Assembly (NCBI RefSeq): GCF_046119375.1
Contig: NW_027362761.1
Span: 128,526,001-128,590,000 of the forward strand
Source of the DNA: Phyllobates terribilis
Taxonomy: Eukaryota
DNA: 64,000 nt
Direction of reading: 5' to 3'
This document shows positions 22,780 through 35,878 of this stretch, piece after piece (positions within the stretch are counted from its first letter, which is position 1; the number at the start of each line of letters is the position of its first letter). The position numbers and the translations under genes are program-made. A model generated the notes under the pieces. It made no database searches. It saw nothing but the letters and a program-made list of their open reading frames with translations, and was not told where the DNA came from.

Positions 22780-25207
22780 CTGTAGATGAAAATGTCACAA
22801 AACGGGCATCACTACACCAGAGGAAAAAAAAGACAAATTGGGCAAGAGTTGGCATAGCAGGGAAGAGTTTCCGCTTTAGTGTCTCATTACAAGATGCATT
22901 CTGTGTCCTTAATGACCCCCGTAACCGCTCTCTACCATTACTGGTACTGAAGACATGTTCCTAAACTGGATAAATCCCATTTCTAAATGGCATGGGTGTT
23001 AAAACAGAATTACTGGAATTTTCCAGCACCAAGAGGAAATATTTCCAGTTATCACTATAATGACAACAGGCTTGAGGAGCAGTAAGCTCACATTCAGGAA
23101 AAAGAAAGAAAACTACAACAAAGTGAAAAATAACACGGCAGAAAGCCGGTACCTGAGAGCCAACCGGAGATTAACCTGCAGCAACCTTTCACAATGTGAG
23201 CTAAATTGGTTTCTTTGAAGCCGGAGAAGCTTTGATATATGGTTGCTGCCTGATCACCACTCTCTCGCAATTTCCTATTCCCAAGAGACCTAATCAGACT
23301 CCTGTCTACTGTCCTCCTTCTTCTCAAGGATTCAGAGCCCTCCTGAGAAATGGCAACTGATAAGAAGCCTCATATGTTACTAGGGCAGTATATGGAAGGT
23401 ATAATTATCACTTGTTTACTGTGCGGCCACTGATCATCTGAGTATAAAGCCTATGACACCCGAATTCTTTGTACCCCTTTGACCTCCTGACATAGTACCC
23501 ACTCCTGGCAACCCAGTTGTGCAGGAAACTGCAGCACAGCCCTGTTCAAATGAGCAGGTGACAGGTGAAAATCATAAAGGTGATTAAAGGGGTGTTCTCA
23601 AGTTCTTAAATTGCTTTGATTTGTCAGGTTGTATGAAAATAAGCAAGTTTGCAATTGACTTGCTTTTTCTATCTTCTATCATTCTCCTGCAATTACAGGA
23701 TTTATAATTTACAGCTAGTTTTCATGGAGTCCAGCCTTTTCTGCCTGGCCAAGAGTGCACTGCAGTAGTTACAGTCCAAGAGAGGGGTTAACTCTTTACA
23801 TCCCAGTCAGCTTTCTCAAGCCCATTGATTTCTATATAACAGTTAGTTGCTCACCTCCCTCTCATCCTCTGAAGAGATGCAGTTATAAATCACCAGCCTG
23901 CAGCTTTCACTGCAGTCTCTTGGCTCTCTGCTCATCCTGTGCAGAGCTGTGTGCTTTTTCACATGCCCTGTTACCTCTAGGTGTTAATACCGTGATAGCA
24001 GTGTATAGAACAAACAACAGATAGCTGAATGTGTTATAGCAGAACTTGTGCTGAGCTTTATAGCTCTACTGATACTACAGTTCTCTTCACCAGAGCGGTC
24101 TCTGAAGGAGTAGCTAGTAAGGAAACTAAAGACAATACATTGTTCCGAGATGCTCAAAAGCAACTTGAGAATACTCCTTCAAATTAGAACTATGAGCCCC
24201 TTTATGTGCAATATTGTTAGATCCTAGAGACATTAGAGCCACAATTTGTAAAGTGATGACATATTCTAGAGATGAGATGAGAATACCCCTTCAGTTCCTT
24301 TAGTACCGCTGCTCCCTTGAGTATCCAGTTTTTCGTGGGTTTTTTTGTTATTTTTTTTAAATCCGCCATATGGTTCTAGAGATGTGGGTCTTTTTTACTT
24401 AGGTTTTTATGGTCTTTACCAAGGTGGTTTTGCAAACAGGGTAATAATATAGGGCAGTCTGAAGACACATTCACAGAGCCCTGCGAGCAACGCCCCACTG
24501 GTAAAGACCAAAATAATTAGTCTTAAATAAAAAAAAAAAAAAGACATCTCTCTGAAATGATGGTGGATTTAAAAAAAAAAAAAACACTCAGCGGAGGATT
24601 GGAAATAAAATAGACAGAAATTGGCCACTTTTCCCCATATGATAGGTCTCTTTAAAAGGGGCACAGAATGACCGTACAATCCAAGTACAGGCGGTCGGTG
24701 CATCACGGCCACCCCTCTATTCTTTGATTGACAGCTTTGGCCTTAAAGATGGACAACAAGCAGATGGGAAGGAAGGTGTATATAAAGGATTGGTCCCACT
24801 ATGAAGCACCAAGCGCCTGTACTTGGATTGTACAGTCATTCTGTGCTGGCAGATTCCCTCTAAGGGTTCTTTCTTCACAAAAACACTGATGGTTTATGGC
24901 CATAATAAGCTGTTTAGGTGTTATAATTGTGTATCCACCTACTGGTACCAGTCCAGATAAAAAGGGGAACTGGTTACAGTTCCTTGTGTGCAGGTGGCAG
25001 TGCCTGTTCCCTGTGCTTGCTTTTCTTGTAATATAGGCACATCTATCTTTATAGATTTTTATTTTGTGATTTTATAATACAGATTTTGGTTTCAATCTGG
25101 TGTCAAAACTAATGGTCAGGATGCAGGATGCTACAACCCTGCCATTTATGACCGCAGATGTCTGCCTGATTTTCAGAATGCTTTATGACATCAGGTAGTT
25201 TTTATAA

Positions 25208-25401
25208 GGCCATGTGCCCACGTTCAGTATTTGGTCAGTATTTTACCTCAGTATTTGTAAGCCAAAACCAGGAGTGGGTGATAAATGCAGAATTGGTGAC
25301 TTGTTTCTATTATACTTTTCCACTGATTGTTCCTCACCTGGTTTTGGCTTACAAATACTGATGTAAAATACTGACCAGATACTGAACGTGTGAACATGGC
25401 C
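25208..25401. mobile_element. PIF/Harbinger-type fold-back MITE
   Basis: GGCCATGTGCCCACGTTCAGT / ACTGAACGTGTGAACATGGCC arms. TAA TSD on both sides. Confidence 0.85.
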
Positions 25402-25474
25402 TAAAAGACACTTTCCACACCAGCATTATTTGGTTACTTGCCCATATCAGCCCTCACAGACAAGGAGTCCTCAC

Positions 25475-27039
25475 TACTGTTGAGCGAGTATGTTCTATTA
25501 ACCCTTTCGGCGAGTATGCTCGGGCCGAGCTCCGAGTATTTACAGCTGCTCGGTGATATGGTTAAATCGCTCCCATGTGCATGATTTGCGACTGTTTGAC
25601 AGCTTTACTACATGTGAGGAATGATTGTTTCTTTTGCATTCCTCACATGTAATAAAGCTGTCAAACAGTCGCAAATCATGTGACTCACCCCCTGGGCCGT
25701 GGGGCACCCGGAACCGGGCTTCAGTGCGATGATGGGGGTAGTAGTGGCAACCCGATCCCGTGGCTCAGGGTGGTCAGACCAAATGCTGTGGCAGTCTATT
25801 TTTAGAGTTATGATGTCCGACTACGCCACCCGTGGATTGCGGTCAGAGGTAACCGCGGCTGCAGGGCAGACCGCTGAGGCTGGTGTTGATGTGCAGCACA
25901 GGGATGGGATAACTCCCCACGGGAAGAGTGTAGCCTCAGGGTAGTGTAATAGGATGCTGGGGGTGATGGTGCAGGCGCAGCAGAAATCACACAGAGTCCA
26001 ATAATGCAGTCCAGGGTCTTTTACTCACAGTTGTTATCCGAGTCACTTCTGTCAGCAATGACTGCTGAAGCCGTGCTGCGTCCACCAGGTGAGGAGCTCG
26101 GTCAACCCCCAGGCAATTCAGGAGTATGGCACAGGACCCCCTTCTATCCTTTCTCTGGCCTCTCGTGCCCCACCAGTGACCAAACTTCTGTCCAGCTGCC
26201 TCGGGCCTTCTCTGGTGAAACTTAGCGCCAGTTTCCCTGACCCTATGTGGTGCCTTCCTAGTGGGTGTAGCAGGGGGTCGCACCAATAGATGATCACGAT
26301 CTCCGGTCTTTAGCTGAGGGATAATTTACCTCCACCAACTTGGGAATCCGGTACCCTTCTGCGGCCTGACCCTTAACCCGATATAGCGCGGGCTTGCAAC
26401 GGTTGCTGTCCGTTCTGCTCTCTTAGGGTCCCTTCTGCCTTCTTGTTTCTGGAGCCTTTCTACTCCTCTGTCTCTTCTCTTTCCTTCCTTCTCCTTCTTC
26501 TCTTCTCCTTTCTGGCCCCGGCCTTCTCTCTAGGCCTGCCTCGTGGAGCGGAGCTCAGGCCGAGCCGGTCAGCTCTCTCTCCCTTTCTGCTCTGAACTCC
26601 CTCCTAAGATGGCTCCCACCTTTTTATCTGCTTCTCTGTGTCTGAGCTCAGGTGACCTGCACCCAATGAGCTCCTTACTATGCTCCAGAAACCGTCCCCT
26701 TCTGCTCCTACATCACTGGGTTCTCTCCCCCCTCCCCACTCCAGCCAGGGACATGGTCAGTTGTGCCTGCATAAATGGGAGCACCTGCGAACTGTCCCCC
26801 GGAAATGAGGAGTGTGTGTATGCAGCTAACTGAGCCCTGGTCCACACTCCATCCTTACCTGGAAATGGAATATCACACCTCTGGTTGAGGTGCAATACCC
26901 CTGTAGCAACCAAACCCTCGGGGCGCTACACATGCACATGGGAGCGATTTAACCATATCACCGAGCAGCTGTAAATACTCGGTGCTCGGCCCGAGCATAC
27001 TCGCCAAAAGGGTTAACTGAACATACTCGCTCAACACTA
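25475..27039. mobile_element. hAT-type fold-back MITE (same family as 13165-13474) split by a solo LTR
   Basis: Perfect 8-bp TSD GTCCTCAC (25467-25474, 27040-27047). Arms rejoin exactly when 25681-26934 is removed. Confidence 0.9.
25681..26930 (-). mobile_element. Solo LTR, probably Ty3/Gypsy
   Basis: 1250 bp with TG...CA ends and 4-bp TSD CATG (25677-25680, 26931-26934). No gag/pol coding. Orientation tentative. Confidence 0.8.
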
Positions 27040-28133
27040 GTCCTCACTCATTAGTTCATGTCTATTGCATTTGCCTTCTGTTATGTAGGTAGAGGCTTTT
27101 TCGTATGTGCAGTGCCATGAAATTAATATCACTTTAAAATTTCCCGACTATATAATATCCATTTTTGGGCAGAAAGTGAAGATTCAACTTGTCTTTTACT
27201 ACCTCACCCAGTAATTATTATGGTGATCATACCACACCTGATAAGAGAAATGCAAAACCTGATAAAACACACATACACTATCTATCATACTAAAAAGCAG
27301 CCAACAGGGTAACAGGCTGCGTATAACCAAAAAGTGACCGACGAGTGCTGCCATAGGTGACTTGTATATGTATATATTGTATATGTAGACCTTAGCACTC
27401 TGCTGTGAATCGTTAGTACCTTCATCAGGTTTACCTGTTACAGGTATGTTTTAGGCCTCATGCACATGGCATACCATGACAGGTACATAAAGCCAATGCA
27501 GCCTGATGACGGAGGTATTCTTTCCCAGAAGCAATGCTTCAAGGGCCCAATAGCTTTGCCATATTTTGGAACATGCCACTATTTTTCTAGGAGATTCATA
27601 AGTTAATCTGGCTGCAAATATTAAACAGGAGGCATACTGAGGTACAGAAGGGCCACAGAGGTCGATAGGCGGAATATTATGGCTATGCAGCAACCCATGC
27701 CCCTTTTTCCTATTAATACTTCATTATTAATGTACACCCCCTTGGCGGATGTCAGAAAACTGCTTAGTGACTGGCTGGATTGGTCACATCTGTAGATGGG
27801 CACTTCACTGTTGCAGAAAACTGATCAGAACAGTGGTGCTGGATCACTAGGGGATTGATTTGGGGGTCATTTTTCTGCTGTTATTTTATGGTATTTTTCA
27901 CCTTTAGATGAGTTTTTTCTGACACCGGAAAACTCAAAATTATAACCACCTTGGCTGCACATAAAACACTACCTGCAGTAAAAGGGTTGTGTGGTTAGAA
28001 CAAATTATCACCTATCCAGATAACAACCTATCCACAGGGTGGGTGATAATTTACTGATCAGTGTGTGGGGGGGGGGGGTCTGACCAATCGAATTTGCATC
28101 GAAACCAGAATAGGTAACTTTTATCCCCATTAA

Positions 28134-28438
28134 TAATGATGATCGAGTATGCCTCTTTAACCCTTTCCAGCAAGCACACTCGGGTGCTTGCCAAGTATTT
28201 TGGCGTGCTCGGCATTTCATTTACTGTCGCCGTCCCGGCAAGTGTCAACGGCTGTTAGACAGCTGTGACACATGCAGAGATAACCTGGCGAACAGGCTAT
28301 CTCTGCATGTGTCACAGCTATCTCTAACAGCCGTGACACTTGCCGGCGCGGCGACAATGAATGAAACGCTGAAACTACTCGACGAGTACCCGAGCGTGCT
28401 CGTTTAAAGGGTTAAAAGAGCACGCTAGTACATCACTA
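28134..28438. mobile_element. hAT-type fold-back MITE
   Basis: Inverted arms. TSD CCCATTAA / CCCATTAC (7 of 8 match). Confidence 0.75.
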
Positions 28439-28631
28439 CCCATTACCAAACGGCGCAGCAGGTCAGATGCCCGAACGTCACTCTATCCATTCTCTATGGG
28501 GCTGATGAAAATAGCCAAGTGCAGCGGGTGAATATGCTGCTCCATTTGTTAAATTCCCAATTCTGCCAATCAGTGCAGATCCAAGGGGTCGGACACCAGC
28601 GATCAACAAGTTATCACAGATCCGGTGTATA

Positions 28632-30943
28632 CAGTGGGGGAAATAAGTATTTGATCCCTTGCTGTTTTTGTAAGTTTGCCCACTGACAAAGACATGAACA
28701 GTCTATAATTTTAAGGGTAGGTTAATTTTAACATTGAGAGAAAATATCCCCCAAAAAAAAAATCAAGAAATGACATTGTATAAATTAGATAAATTTATTT
28801 GCATTTTGCAGTGAGAAATAAGTATTTGATCCCCTACAAACCATTATGAGTTTTGGCTCCTACAGACCAGTTAAAGGCTCCTAATCAACTTGATACCTGC
28901 ATTAAAGACAGCTGTCTTACATAGTCACCTGTATAAAAGACTGCTGTCCACAGACTCAATTAATCAGTCAGCCTCTAACCTCTACAACATGAGCAAGACC
29001 AAAGAGCTTTCTAAGGGTGTCAGGGACAAGATCATAGACCTGCACAAAGCTAGAATGGGCTACAAAACCAGAAGAAAGTCTCTGGGTGAGAAGGAGACAA
29101 CGGTTGGTGCAATAGTAAGAAAATGGAAGAAATACAAAATGACTGTCAATCGACATCGATCTGGGGCACCATGCAAAATCTCACCTCATGGGGTATCCTT
29201 GATCATGAGAAAGGTGAGAGATCAGCCTAAAACTACATGGGGGGAAACTTGTTAATGATCTCCAGACAGCTGGGACCACAGTCACCAAGAAAACCATTGG
29301 TAACACATTACGCCTTAAAGGTTTAAAATCCTGCAGTGCCCACAAGGTCCCCGCCTGCTCAAGAAGGCACATGTGCAGGCCCGTCTGAAGTTTGCCAATG
29401 AACACCTGGATGATTCTGTGAGTTATTGGGAGAAGGTACTGTGGTCAGATGAGACAAAAATTGAGCTCTTTGGCATTAACTCAACTCGCCTTGTTTGGAG
29501 GAATAAGAAGGACGAGTACAACCCTAAGAACATTGTCCCAACCGTGAAGCATGGTGGGGGGAACATTATACTTATGACCCAAAACATACAGCCAAGGCAA
29601 CAAAGGAGTGGCTCAAAAGGAAGCACAGTAAGGTCACGGAGTGGCCTAGCCAGTCTCCAGACCTTAATCCCATAGAAAACTTATGGAGGGAGTTGAAGCT
29701 CCGAGTTGCCAAGCGACAGCCTCAAAATCGGAATGATTTAGAGATGATCTGCAAAGAGGAGTGGACCAAAATTCCTCCTGACATGTGCGCAAACCTTCAA
29801 CTCATCAACTACAAAAAACGTCTGACTGCTGTGCTTGCCAACAAGGGTTTTGCCACTAAGTATTAAGTGTTGTTTGCCAGAGGGATCAAATACTTATTTC
29901 TCACTGCAAAATGCAAAAAATTGTATCTAATTTATACAATGTGATTTTCTTGATTTTTTTTGGATATTCTATCTCTCAATGTTAAAATTAACCTACCCTT
30001 AGGCTGTGTTCACACGATGCGTATTTCATGCGTTTCCGCGGCGTTTTTGCAGTTGCGTAAACGCCGCGGAAACGCATGAAAAACGCATGGTAGAAGGGCA
30101 GCAATGTTCCCCAATGGAAATCCGCATGTGCTGTGCCCATGATGCGGATTTTTCCGCAGCGTTAACGCTGCGGTCAAAAATCCGCAGCATGTCAATTAAT
30201 TTTGCGGAAATGCGGCGATTTCGCCGCCATTGACTTGCATTAGAACGCGCCAATTCCGCAAGACAGCATTTGTACTTGCGTAATTGGTGCGTTCTAATGT
30301 GCGGATGGTACCCGGGTGTGGAGGAGAGGAGAGTCTCATCCACACCCAGGTACCATTAAAAAAGCTGTAAAAAGAAGAATAAAATAAAAAATAAATGTAT
30401 TCTTACCTTCTGTCGGCCCGCGCAGCGCTCCCGCTTGGTTCCCGGCACTTGCAGTGAGTTGTAGGACCTGCGGTGACGTCAGAGTCATGTGACGGGTCAC
30501 GTGACGCTGACGTCGGCAGGTCTTTCAATTCAAAGTTGCCGGGAGAACGGAGTGAGCAGGACAGCGCGGGCCATCGGAGGTAAGTATATACACTCTCTCG
30601 GTTCACACTGTATAAATCCATGCTGTTTGCATGGATTTATATAGTGTGACCTAGTTATCAAGCACTTTCCAGGTGATGCTAACATCGCCTGGAAAGCGCT
30701 TGTCAATCTGCATGCGGAAACGCATGTGAATCTGCATGTGGATCCGCATGTATTCTGCAGGAAAAACGCATGCACAATCTGCATGCGTTTTTTCTGCCAG
30801 GGAGATGCAGAAATGATGCAGAAATTTTCTGCTTCATTTCTGCATCGTGTGCACATACCCTTAAAATGATAGACTGTTCCCGTTTTTGTCAGTGGGCAAA
30901 CTTACAAAAACAGCAATGGATCAAATAATTATTTCCCCCACTG
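28632..30943 (+). mobile_element. Tc1 transposon, inactivated, with a MITE in its right TIR
   Basis: TA-CAGTGGGGGAAATAAGTATTTGATCC ... GGATCAAATAATTATTTCCCCCACTG-TA. Frameshifted transposase from [20 protein letters not shown] (28989) through [13 protein letters not shown] to about 29865. Confidence 0.93.
30002..30860. mobile_element. PIF/Harbinger-type non-autonomous element nested in a Tc1 TIR
   Basis: TTA TSD (29999-30001, 30861-30863). GGCTGTGTTCACAC / GTGTGCACATACCC ends. Reverse complement of the family at 62837-63615. Confidence 0.85.
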
Positions 30944-31006
30944 TAGGTGATACATTGTTTTCACCCAACAAGCCCTCTAGTTGCCATACATCTATCCTAA
31001 ACTTGC

Positions 31007-31069
31007 CTGTGAATGGATCTGCAACAGAAGGAGTAGCAGAGGAGCTTCCCGGGATATAACGACCTCCAC
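31007..31069 (-). CDS. PLAA: PLAA coding exon 10 (63 nt), followed by a GC donor
   Basis: TTTATAG acceptor. GGGRYIPGSSSATPSVADPFTG. Donor ACAG|GCAAGT. Phase 1/1 keeps the frame with exons 9 and 11. Confidence 0.9.
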
Positions 31070-31898
31070 CTATAAAGGAAGAATCAGATTTTTAGTTTTT
31101 CTGGAGTTCAAACATTGCATTGAGATGGGTTAATAATGTACCCCCACTTTTTTGTACCAATAACTGGGGTGCTGCCTGCTCTTTTCTATTTTCTTGAGTG
31201 GTCTTCAGGTGGGTGTTCAGGGGCTTGAAGCCAATACTCCACTGTGCTGCCGTTTCTGTTTTTATTCCTTCTCTATATACATATATAGAGTCCAAGAAAT
31301 ATTTGGCTGGTACCACACTGGTGGTGGACATTTTTCAGAAACGTTGTCTTTCGCAATGATAATAACACATTAATGCCCATCATTCACTATCCGGAATAGC
31401 TGACCATTCCTATGAATTCAATTTAGGTCTATACTATAGGGAATGTATGGGGCCTACACTTTCTATAGAGAAAAGTCTATTCCGTATTTTTAGAGCTGGG
31501 CCTTCACACTTTATATATCATAGAAATATCTCTGAAAATTCCACTACTGTCCTTAAGAAGTAGTGGCCAACCTCTTTATTAATGGCCTATCCTTAGGATA
31601 TCTGACCAGTGGGGGTGCGACACCCGACAGTTCTTAGATGCTGCCGGAACACAGCAGCGCCGCCATTTCTATAGTGGCCGGGGACAGGTACTGCAGATCC
31701 ACTCCCTATTCAATTGCAGACCATCAATAAAAAAGTAGTAGCCAACCCCTTTAATAACAAAATCACATAAGACAGAGCACCGCGTAGGAGGAGACCAGCA
31801 TGCCTACACCCTGCTGCCAGTCATCTGACTGTAGGCTGGATAGTCCACTAACAAGTGTTCATCTGCAAGGTTATACATGGTATTTTACTGATATTTAC

Positions 31899-32118
31899 CA
31901 GTAAATGGATCCTCAAATCCAGAATTTGTAGCAGCTATCGTCTGGCCACCAGTATTGTCTAGTATAAATTTTGCTACTTGATCCAAGAACATGGGATTCA
32001 GATCATTCCTCTGCAGGAAATTGTGTGCCACAAGCCAGGGGTCCTCGGTTATGTTATATGGCAGCTTGTAGGAAGGCCCACTTTCATTCACATCAATTGT
32101 AAACACATAGTCATACTC
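31899..32118 (-). CDS. PLAA: PLAA coding exon 9 (220 nt; PFU domain)
   Basis: TTCCAG acceptor, GTAAAT donor. [22 protein letters not shown]...[16 protein letters not shown]...DPFTG. Confidence 0.97.
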
Positions 32119-32994
32119 CTGGAACGAGAGGAAGATACGGGTTGGTTCAGATCTCAGTACATGACACCTAACAGCACTGATGTACAAGGACCACTTATCT
32201 GCAGGAGTATATAGACTGGAGAATCACATAGGTTGTATTGGGGGATATAGACAGTGTAGGGAGATTACATATCTGCAGCGTATGGCGGTATATGTGCTCA
32301 GTGATTGGTCCTCCGCTTAGAAGAAAGTATAATAAGAAAAAAAAAACCTTCAGATAGTTTCCGGGATAAAGGGGCAAAGACTGAACCCCTAAGTACTGCT
32401 CAAAATGTCTGCTCCTGTCAATCTGACTTAACATCCATTAATCGCATTGGTTCTCTGCTTACAATGTCGGGGCACATTTGCTATTGTAGAAATCTATAAG
32501 CAGTACTAATTTACCGAAGGAGACCACCACTTATTTATAAAATAGGCGGTCTATGAGCACAGATTAGCCTATTGTCACTTTTCACCATATTTCCGGTCCG
32601 AGTGCTGGCAGTAGAGGCAATTGACAGCACTAGGACCAATGGACAATTGGGCTGTTCAAGTACACAGATGAAATGATGGCGTCAAAAGAAAACAAAAATT
32701 GCAGCATACACTAGTCTCCTCCATGATCGGATGAGACTCGACAATACAAGGCTATGGGTGGCAAAAAACAAAATAAATCTGAACCCAACCCATATGGATC
32801 CATCGTATAGCATCCAAATAAATTGAAGTTAATAACATAGGAAGCTGGATATGTCTTTGTAAATTTTAATACCAGGTGATGTATGAAAATTAATGCCATG
32901 CTAATTGCATATGGATGACAATTGTCCGATATTATCTTAATCAGATAAAACCATTTGACTTAATGTAACAGAGCAGTAAATCAGGTCTACCTAC

Positions 32995-33152
32995 TTTTCC
33001 TTCGTACAGGACTTTTCCAGAAGTTTGCTGAGTGGCTCCAGAAGAGCCCACCACATCCCCGATCTTCAGCCAGCGTCCTTCGCTGACACTCCACTGGTAG
33101 GCTTCCACTTTGCCGTCTACATTCACCAGACGAGTCTGTCCTTCCTTTGTGC
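32995..33152 (-). CDS. PLAA: PLAA coding exon 8 (158 nt)
   Basis: TTACAG acceptor, GTAGGT donor. [53 protein letters not shown]. Confidence 0.97.
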
Positions 33153-33560
33153 CTGTAAGAAAGACAGAAAGAAATGGGTTCCGAGCTCGTCATCATTTCT
33201 TTCACATCTCTGCCTTGTAATAAAGAGTGGATTCCTATATCCCATGTGAAAATACAGAGTTTTCAGAAAAATATATGCAACCTCGCAGTGTATGGGCAAT
33301 ATGATCAGGTCCGGCCTGCAGGTGCCAAGAACTACAAAAACACCATATTGCTTCATAGTGTTATATGAGCTGCGGAAAGCTCACAACTAAATCAGAAATT
33401 CCTTCTATCTATCCCATTTATGCAAACCAGCCCCATCTCTATTGCAGGAGAATTGTGTAAAATGCTGATCAACGTGATGGGAACATGGCACTAAGCAAAA
33501 AGCTTCCTGCAGGGCCGCTAATACGGTCAACTGCCTCTGCGTTTAAAGTGTGTGTGTATA

Positions 33561-35124
33561 CAGTCCTGGCCAAAAGTGTTGGCACCCTTGAATTTCTTCC
33601 AGAAAATTATTGCATTGTATTGTTATACACGTTAATTTCCTTTGTGTGTATTGGAACAACATGAAAGATAAAAGAAAAAAAGGCAAATTGGACATAACTT
33701 CACACAAAACCCCAAAAATAGGCCGGACAAAATTGTTGGCACCTTTCCAAAATTGTGGGTAAACACCTTTTTTCAAGAATGTGATGCTCGTTCAAATTCA
33801 CCTGTGGCAAGTAAGAGGTGTTGGAATAGTACACCTGAAACCAGATAAAAAGGGGAGAAGTTGGCTCAATCTTTGCATTGTGTGTCTGTGTATGCCACAC
33901 TAAGCATGGAGAACAGAAAGAGAATGATCAGAGGACTTGAGAACGAAAATTGTTGAAAGATATCAACAATCTCAAGGTTACAAGTCCATCTCCAGAAATC
34001 TTGATGTTCCTTTGACCACAGTGCACAACATAATCAAGTAGTTTACAACCAATGGCACTGTAATTAATCTCCCTGGACGTGGATGGCAGAGAAAATTTGA
34101 TGAAAGGTTGCAATACATGATAGTGTGGGTGGTGGATAAGCAGCCCCGATCAAGTTCCAAAGAAATTCAAGCTGTCCTGCAGGTTCAGGGCGCATCAGTG
34201 TCACTGCCAACTATCTGTCGACATTTGAGTGAAATGAAATGCTATGGCAGGAGACCCAGGAGGATTCCACTACTGACACAGAGACATAAAAAGCTATCCT
34301 GCAGTTTGCCAAAATGTACATGGGTAAGCCAAAATCCTTCTGGGAAAGTGTCTTGTGGACAGATGAGACCAAGATAGAGCTTTTTTGGTAAAGCACATCA
34401 TTCTACTCTTTACTAGAAACAGAAAGAGGCCTACAAAGAAAAGTACACAGTACCTACAGTCAAATATGGTGGAGGGTTCAAATATATTTTGGGGTTGTTT
34501 TGCTGCCTCTGGCACTGGGTGTCTTGACTGTGTGCAAGGTATCACAAAATTTAAAGATTACCAAAGGATTTTGGGTCGCAATGTAGTGCCCAGTGTCAGA
34601 AAGCTGGGTTTGCGTCCTAGGACATGGGTCTTCAAGCAGGACAATGACTCCACAACCATACTTCACAAAGAACCCAGAAATGAATGCAAACAAAGCGTTG
34701 GAGAGTTCTGAAGTGGCAAGCAATGAGTCCGGATCTAAATCCCATTGAACACCTGTGGAGAGATCTTAAAATTGCTGTTGGCAGAAGGCACCCTTCAAAT
34801 AAGAGAGACCTGGAGCAGTTTGCAAAAGAAGAGTGGTCTAAAATTCCAGTTGAGAGGTGTAAGAAGCTTGCTGATGGTTACAGGAAGCGATTGATTGCAG
34901 TTATTTATTCCATAGGGTGTGCAACCAAATATTAAGTTGAGGGTGCCAACAATTTTGTCTGGGCCATTTTTGGGGCTGTGTGTGAAATTATGTCCAATTT
35001 GTTTGTTTTTGTGTTGTTCCAATACACACAAAGGAAATAAACATGTGTATAACAAAACATATGTGATTGTAATAATTTTCTGGGAGAAAGATTTCATTTT
35101 CTGGAACAATTTCAAGGGTGCCAA
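33561..35124 (+). mobile_element. Tc1 transposon, inactivated, right TIR clipped
   Basis: TA-CAGTCCTGGCCAAAAGTGTTGGCACCC left end, about 200-bp TIRs. Frameshifted transposase about 33905-34935 including [15 protein letters not shown]. Confidence 0.9.
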
Positions 35125-35284
35125 TTAGTGTTGAGCGTGTATGTTCTATTAACCCTTTCGCCCGGTACGCTCGGGCCAAGCGTTGTAGGGAGGTCATACT
35201 GGTACATGGAGGCCACACACAAGCCTGAGCCTCATTTTGACTTGTTTTAAGGACATTACATAAAAGCTGGATCAGCCTGTAGTG

Positions 35285-35486
35285 TGTTTTTCCACTTTAA
35301 TTTTGGGGGTGACTCCAAATCCAGGCCTCCATTGGTTAATAAATTTGATTTCCATTGATGATTTTTGTGTGATTTTGTTGTCAGCACATTCAACTTTGTA
35401 CAGAACAAAGTATTCAATGGGAATATTTCATTCATTCAGATCTAGGATGTGTTATTTGAGTGTTCCCTTTATTTTTTTGAGCAGTG
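35285..35486. mobile_element. Tc1-like terminal fragment
   Basis: Ends GTGTTCCCTTTATTTTTTTGAGCAGTG followed by TA. Confidence 0.5.
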
Positions 35487-35708
35487 TATTTTTACAGGCC
35501 CAGGAGGCACAGTGTATATTCAGTGGCACTATATACTCTTTATTTCCAATTTTAATGTAAAATGTTAATGAAATGCCTACTGCCACACCTAACAGTGATG
35601 TTGTGTTTTAAGTGTATTTGGCCATTTGTAAAAATATATAGTTGGTAGGAAAGACCCAATGACAATAAAATGTGCTAAGTGCTGCACTAAGGCTTTATAC
35701 GCACTTAC

Positions 35709-35878
35709 CGGGTTCACTAAGATGCTCTTTTCCAGGAAGCTCCTCTATTTTGATGTCTCCCAGGTCGCCCGTTTTAGGATCAATAACTGCTTGGGACAGT
35801 TCATCTTCAAAAGCCTGGATTTCCTCAGCGCTGGCCATGCGATCCTGGGACTTTGTGAACACCCGGATAACTCCATCA
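35709..35878 (-). CDS. PLAA: PLAA coding exon 7 (170 nt)
   Basis: TTTTAG acceptor, GTAAGT donor. [58 protein letters not shown]. Confidence 0.97.
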
